This document shows positions 58,969 through 64,000 of a DNA stretch of 64,000 nucleotides, piece by piece. Position 1 is the stretch's first letter; every line of letters starts with the position of its first letter. This DNA comes from Candidatus Bathyarchaeia archaeon (lineage in GTDB: Archaea > Thermoproteota > Bathyarchaeia > Bathyarchaeales > Bathycorpusculaceae). The notes beneath the pieces were generated by a model, which worked only from the letters and a program-made list of their open reading frames with translations, searched no databases and was not told the origin of the DNA. The stretch spans positions 64,001-128,000 of the forward strand of contig JBEKHN010000002.1 in assembly GCA_050012255.1 (NCBI GenBank), written 5' to 3'. The translations under genes and the position numbers were made by a program.

Positions 58969-61209
58969 TTAACGGATAACCCCTAGTTGCTTGTTCAGAT
59001 CGTACACCTGTTGAGTGAGCGGTACATCACGTGCGAGAGTCTTCGAATTTATCAAAATTGCGCAACCATACCGTATTGTCGTTGCTTGTTGGTGTTCTGC
59101 TAGCATGTCTGCCGTAAGCCTAGGAGTTATGTAAAAATCCCAAGTGGCTTCCATGCTTTGTGATTCGTAAGCCCATTTGAAAATCTTCATGTTTGATTTT
59201 CTGTAAAGTTCTTTCTTGTTACTAGGGTCTGGACCACCATAGTCTCTGGCAGTCTTTCTCGCCCTAACTAAGAGGTAAGTATTGAGATGCGGCTTCGCCT
59301 CTCTAAAGTGGTTATCTGAGTGAACGAGAAACATCTTTATACAATTGACTAACTTAGGAACTGAAACTGAAATCTTGGCGGTAAAGTCAATGTTAAATTT
59401 GCTATCACTTAGCGTATCACGAAGGGGGATCGTTCCCTCAGCACAAACAAGTGCTTGAAGGTCATAGTTGAAATCATTAAGGGATTTTAGTTCGCCAAAT
59501 CCTCGGCATCCTTGTACTTCTCCGCTGGACAATGCCATAGCTATTGCTTTCAGAGTCTCGGCGTTCTCAAATCTGTGACCATACCGTGCATATATCTCTG
59601 CCAGATGATACACAAACAATGGTGCAGAAAAACTCGTCCCTAAGAAGCCATCAAAGCTTTGCCCATTTCTGTCAATGGATGCCACGCCCAACACCGTGCC
59701 GTCTTTACAATAATTCCCTCCATGTTCGATAAACTCAGGTTTTTGACAATCATATAGAAAACCATTATTGATCCCGCATCTCGTAAAAGGTGCCAATTCG
59801 TTCATTCGTGAGATTGAATTAGGTGCTTCTTTTTTGGCAATTGCCCCTATTGCTAAAGCGTTAACTGCTTGAGCAGGGTCTTTGACTGGATGGTGCAAAA
59901 TGTAAGATGCGCATGGGACTCCTTTGTATGCATAATCATTCACTACATCGGACTCAATGTTTCCTGTGGAAAATGCCGCACAAATGTTATTCTTTTGTAT
60001 CCATTTATCAATCGAAGCGGTAATCGCATCATTGTATCTTTCAAAGACTATCGACGAAACAAAGATGTGCGAACGCTTAGGGTTTGCCTCACTTGAATAT
60101 TTTGAAATCGCTAACTGATACCCCTCAGGATAAAGTCTCCTATCTGTGTCAGAGTAGATTTTATATGAAATTACCCTTGCTTTTGGAATAGACGAGTTTT
60201 CTCCGAATGCCGTCAAATACGCGATCGGCGTACCATGTCCTCGTTCTCCGAAATCATCGTTGAAATCTGGAAATCGCCTAAATCTGTCCCTTCCGATTAA
60301 CAATCCAGTAAGTTGCGGTATCTCGTTTACGCCAGAGTCGAGTACACATACTATCGGAAGATTATCATACGCGGTTCTATCAGAACCCACCGAAGATGCC
60401 CTGCCCCTAATACTCTGATTTGAGCGAGATCGTTTATTCTTTCTAGAAAGAGACATTTTCCCCAGCAAACCTTTGGGGATTTCGCTTACCCTAAACACAT
60501 AATTGGATACTTTCAACAACTGTTCGGTCGATTCTTGATTAAGAGAGGTCAATACGAAATCATTGTCACAACAACTTTGAGCATTGACATCCGAAAGTTT
60601 AAGGTTCTCCATTAGTTTGCTTGCGTATTCTTGTTTTTTCTCAGGCGAAAGGTTGGGAATCAACTCAATGATAACATCCTTTGGTTCTTTTGACCATTGA
60701 GAATCTCTCAGGTTTTCGGATACTTGTTCCTCCAAGAATAAAGGACTAACTCTTTTTATTGTTTTGAAGTAGACCCTAGAATAGTTTTTTCTCGCCACAA
60801 GACTCATCAACTTGGACAAAGGACAAGAGATAAGCAACTTAGTGTGTTCTAGATTCAAGTAGCAAAGTATTTCAGCAGAAAGATGCTCTAGAACAGTTAA
60901 CGTATTATCGTAAAAAACTTGTTTCCAGATTTCGGAAGGGTCATCTTTACGAACGAAATGACTCTCTACACCCAAAACGACATAAGCTGTATATTTATCT
61001 CGCAACTGTTTTGCTTCAATGGCTGAGACAGTATTCAAGATTTGTTCTCTCATTTCCTTATTGACCCATTCTTTCTCTTCATCCCTGACAGCTTCGTATT
61101 CAGCTTCAACAGGTCCTTTAATCCAAGCAGGTCTTTTCGGACTTTTTTCATCGTTTGTGGTTGCTTTCACAAAAATAAAGCTGTCAGAGTGAGAGGCACT
61201 ATCTACCAA
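58969..61209 (-). CDS. S8 subtilisin-like serine protease (Y4bN/IetS-like, no signal peptide)
   Basis: triad VCVLDSG / HGT / GTSFSAP, oxyanion STGN, PFTRCG, KPEF..GGN. Confidence 0.88.
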   Translation of the reverse strand: MVDSASHSDSFIFVKATTNDEKSPKRPAWIKGPVEAEYEAVRDEEKEWVNKEMREQILNTVSAIEAKQLRDKYTAYVVLGVESHFVRKDDPSEIWKQVFYDNTLTVLEHLSAEILCYLNLEHTKLLISCPLSKLMSLVARKNYSRVYFKTIKRVSPLFLEEQVSENLRDSQWSKEPKDVIIELIPNLSPEKKQEYASKLMENLKLSDVNAQSCCDNDFVLTSLNQESTEQLLKVSNYVFRVSEIPKGLLGKMSLSRKNKRSRSNQSIRGRASSVGSDRTAYDNLPIVCVLDSGVNEIPQLTGLLIGRDRFRRFPDFNDDFGERGHGTPIAYLTAFGENSSIPKARVISYKIYSDTDRRLYPEGYQLAISKYSSEANPKRSHIFVSSIVFERYNDAITASIDKWIQKNNICAAFSTGNIESDVVNDYAYKGVPCASYILHHPVKDPAQAVNALAIGAIAKKEAPNSISRMNELAPFTRCGINNGFLYDCQKPEFIEHGGNYCKDGTVLGVASIDRNGQSFDGFLGTSFSAPLFVYHLAEIYARYGHRFENAETLKAIAMALSSGEVQGCRGFGELKSLNDFNYDLQALVCAEGTIPLRDTLSDSKFNIDFTAKISVSVPKLVNCIKMFLVHSDNHFREAKPHLNTYLLVRARKTARDYGGPDPSNKKELYRKSNMKIFKWAYESQSMEATWDFYITPRLTADMLAEHQQATTIRYGCAILINSKTLARDVPLTQQVYDLNKQLGVIR

Positions 61210-61452
61210 GCGGTCTCCCTACTACATGTTAACCGATTGCTTTTAAAACTTATCACAGCAGTAGTAGCTGTGGTTTTCATTTTTCATGTCCCTTTAGTTA
61301 ACAGTGTCCGGGTTGCGAAATGCCTATATCTGTCTCTAGCCGTTAATGGAAGCTACAAACCCCATTATGCGCGATAAGGTGGTCCTGATCGAGGCGGATT
61401 CAATAATACGGCAAATGAGAAAACAATCGACGCACGTAAAGACTGCTGGTCT

Positions 61453-63993
61453 ATGTCCCCTGCGGATGCCTACCATTCCGTTGAAACCAATGAGAACGGT
61501 CTGTCTGAACAAGAAGCTCAACAACGCCTAAAGACATACGGATACAATGAGTTGGAAAGACCGAAATTCGGCTGGGCTCCGATTCTTATTAGACAATTCA
61601 AGAATCCGATATTTGTGATTCTAATCGCATGTGCCATCGTATCAGCGCTCTTCGCCACGCTTGAGCAGGCAATATCCATACTTTTGATGATTGCGATAGC
61701 CGTGGTCTTGGGCTTCGTTAACGAGTACAGAGCTGAGAAGACCGTTCACGACCTTCAAAAGCGCGTATCTATCAGGGCTGTCGTTATAAGAGACAGTAAG
61801 CCCTCCGAAATTGAATCGAGGCTTCTTGTCCCAGGCGACCTTGTCTCCTTCTACGTGGGAGACATCGTCCCAGCCGACATGAGAATAGTACAATCCATCG
61901 ACCTTCACGTTAATGAGGCAGCACTTACCGGAGAATCTTTTCCTGTTGAAAAGACGTCTGAAAGCCTCGATGTTCAACACCCCACGCCGCAGCAGTTGAC
62001 AAACTACATGTTCATGGGCAGCGTGGTGGCAAACGGGAGCGGTCGAGGCATCGTCGTGTCGACAGGAAAAAACTCGGAGTTCGGATCGATATCCAAGAGC
62101 CTAATCCGATCTCACCCTGAAACCCCCTTTCAAAAGGGTGTCAGGAGTTACGGAAACATGCTTCTCACACTGACACTGGCGCTAGTATTGGGAATATTCT
62201 CAATCAACGCCGCCATGGGTCATAACCCGGTCGATTCTCTGCTTTTCTCTCTCGCAGTTGCCGTCGGGCTCGTGCCCGAGCTGATGCCCGCCATCGTAAC
62301 GATCAGCCTCTCTCAAGGGGCGAGGAAAATGTCGAGGCTGAAGGTCATCGTGAAACGCCTAGTTTCGATAGAGGACTTCGGCAACATGGATGTCCTGTGC
62401 ACTGACAAAACAGGGACGCTCACAGAGGGCAAGATCTCCCTAAAGGACTACTGTTCGCCTGGCGCAGACAAAGATCCGAGAGTCATCCCCTATTCGCTGC
62501 TCTGCAACACCGCGATCCAAGGGGAGAAGATCACTGGCAACCCAATGGATGTGGCGATCTGGGAGTATGCTATCAAGAATGGCGCACAAGAAGGTGTGAC
62601 ATCCTACGGTAGGACGAGCGAGATTCCATTTGACTACCAGCGGAGAATGATGTCGGTGGTAGTTAGAAAGGATAGCGATTTCTTCCTCATCACTAAGGGT
62701 GCTCCAGAATCAGTTCTCTCCAGATGTGACTACTCTGAGACTCTGGGTAAGAAGGAACCAATAGGCGACGTTCTGAAGTCAATTCGTGCCAAGTTTTCCG
62801 ATCTCTCAATGCAGGGATACCGTGTTTTAGCAATCGCAAGTCGAAGCATAGACCAGAAGAAAGCGTACACGGTTGAAGACGAGGCGAACCTAACGTTTCT
62901 AGGCCTCCTAATATTCACTGACCCCTGTAAAGAGGATGCCCATCAAGCGATCATAAAGCTGAAGGAGATGGGGGTTGACGTCAAGATACTCACAGGCGAC
63001 AACGAGCTCGTAGCGAGAAAAATATGTGAGGAAGTAGATGTTCCCGTTAGAAAAATAGTATCTGGTTCAGAATTAACTCAGATGAGCTCGACCGAAATTA
63101 AGAAGGCAGCAGAAGAGGCCACAATTTTCGCTAGGATCACCCCAGAACAGAAGCTAGACATTATCAAAGCCCTAAAGGAGAACAAGCATGTGGTGGGCTT
63201 CATGGGTGACGGAGTGAATGATGCTCCAGCCCTCTACGAGGCAGACGTGGGCATATCGGTCGACACAGCGGTTGATGTTTCTAAAGACGCAGCGGACATT
63301 GTGCTTCTGGAAAAAGATCTGCCGGTGCTAGTAGACGGTATTAATGAGGGCAGAAAGATCTTCGGCAACACCATAAAGTATGTTCTAATGGGAACGAGTT
63401 CGAACTTTGGAAACATGTTCAGCGCCGCAGCAGCCTCTATCTTCCTTCCATTTCTCCCGATGTTGCCGATTCAGATACTCTTCATGAACCTGCTGTACGA
63501 CATGTCTAACATGACGATACCAACCGACAACGTTGATGAAGAGTACACCAAGACGCCAAGAAAATGGGACATGAGCTTCGTGCGAAAGTACACGCTGTTC
63601 TTCGGCCCATTCAGTTCCGTCTATGACTTTCTAACCTACGGCATCATGCTTTTCGTCTTCGGATGTTGGGCAGGAACAAATGGTAGCTACCTAGCAGCAC
63701 TGTTCCAAAGTGCATGGTTCGTAGAATCATTCTGGACAGAGGTCTTAATCATGTTCGTCATCAGGACTAGGCGCATCCCCTTCTTCACAAGCCGTCCAGG
63801 GAAGTGGCTAGCAGGATTCTTAATAGGGTTCGTCGCGTTCGGAACCATATTGCCATTCACACCTTTCGGCGGCTTCTTGGGAATGGTGCCGCTTCCAGCC
63901 GAATTCTGGGTTCTGGTCGCGCTTATGACAGTTACCTATCTGTTTCTTGTGGATGCAGGCAAAGTGTTCTTCTACAAGATATGCAAGTTTTAA
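61453..63993 (+). CDS. mgtA: Mg2+-translocating P-type ATPase
   Basis: TGESFPVEK, AVGLVPELMP, DKTGTLT, PFDYQRR, MGTSSNFGNMFS, NLLYD. Confidence 0.93.
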   Translation: MSPADAYHSVETNENGLSEQEAQQRLKTYGYNELERPKFGWAPILIRQFKNPIFVILIACAIVSALFATLEQAISILLMIAIAVVLGFVNEYRAEKTVHDLQKRVSIRAVVIRDSKPSEIESRLLVPGDLVSFYVGDIVPADMRIVQSIDLHVNEAALTGESFPVEKTSESLDVQHPTPQQLTNYMFMGSVVANGSGRGIVVSTGKNSEFGSISKSLIRSHPETPFQKGVRSYGNMLLTLTLALVLGIFSINAAMGHNPVDSLLFSLAVAVGLVPELMPAIVTISLSQGARKMSRLKVIVKRLVSIEDFGNMDVLCTDKTGTLTEGKISLKDYCSPGADKDPRVIPYSLLCNTAIQGEKITGNPMDVAIWEYAIKNGAQEGVTSYGRTSEIPFDYQRRMMSVVVRKDSDFFLITKGAPESVLSRCDYSETLGKKEPIGDVLKSIRAKFSDLSMQGYRVLAIASRSIDQKKAYTVEDEANLTFLGLLIFTDPCKEDAHQAIIKLKEMGVDVKILTGDNELVARKICEEVDVPVRKIVSGSELTQMSSTEIKKAAEEATIFARITPEQKLDIIKALKENKHVVGFMGDGVNDAPALYEADVGISVDTAVDVSKDAADIVLLEKDLPVLVDGINEGRKIFGNTIKYVLMGTSSNFGNMFSAAAASIFLPFLPMLPIQILFMNLLYDMSNMTIPTDNVDEEYTKTPRKWDMSFVRKYTLFFGPFSSVYDFLTYGIMLFVFGCWAGTNGSYLAALFQSAWFVESFWTEVLIMFVIRTRRIPFFTSRPGKWLAGFLIGFVAFGTILPFTPFGGFLGMVPLPAEFWVLVALMTVTYLFLVDAGKVFFYKICKF

Positions 63994-64000
63994 AGGAGGA

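Larger units (their letters stand above)
54447..61309. mobile_element. ~6.9 kb IS6-like cargo transposon with TIRs and target-site duplication
   Basis: TIRs 54447-54472 and 61284-61309 (23/26); CGGGTTGCG at 54439-54447 and 61309-61317; central DDE transposase; visibly AT-richer than the flanks. Confidence 0.92.

Noticed and set aside
52-63416. Numerous short ORF-track entries antisense to or nested in the called genes (e.g. 328-750, 20417-21001, 43850-44506, 54930-55526)
   Set aside because: Shadow ORFs with no recognisable motifs, overlapping well-supported CDSs.

Overview
Archaeal chromosomal window, most consistent with Bathyarchaeia. This is an inference from frequent TTG starts, GGTGA/GGAG ribosome-binding sites, TATA-like promoters, Lrp/AsnC winged-helix regulators and a NosD beta-helix surface protein with a PEF-CTERM tail. 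It opens inside a tRNA-Arg(CCT) gene and carries about 50 mostly accessory or metabolic genes, including a heliorhodopsin, two ABC systems, LonC, HtrA, a P1B ATPase/NikR pair, a sugar cluster, TldD/E, KdpABC and MgtA. Two structures stand out. (1) A complete ~6.9 kb cargo transposon (about 54447-61309) has 26-bp terminal inverted repeats, a target-site duplication and one central IS6-like DDE transposase. It carries a DNA methyltransferase-nuclease fusion and a subtilisin-like protease + PD-(D/E)xK nuclease pair that lacks the usual AAA-ATPase partner, a candidate undescribed defence module. (2) Downstream of the tRNA lie three progressively more degenerate ~70-bp repeats, each ending in a copy of the tRNA 3' end. 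They split the first 8.5 kb into cassette-like segments, suggesting polarized gene accretion at the tRNA. Other oddities are dense intergenic (GC)n tracts, a 13-bp tandem repeat at both ends of the sugar cluster, a kdp operon bracketed by Lrp genes sharing 188 identical bp, and a candidate structured ncRNA. All protein calls come from motif recognition by eye; no database searches were run.
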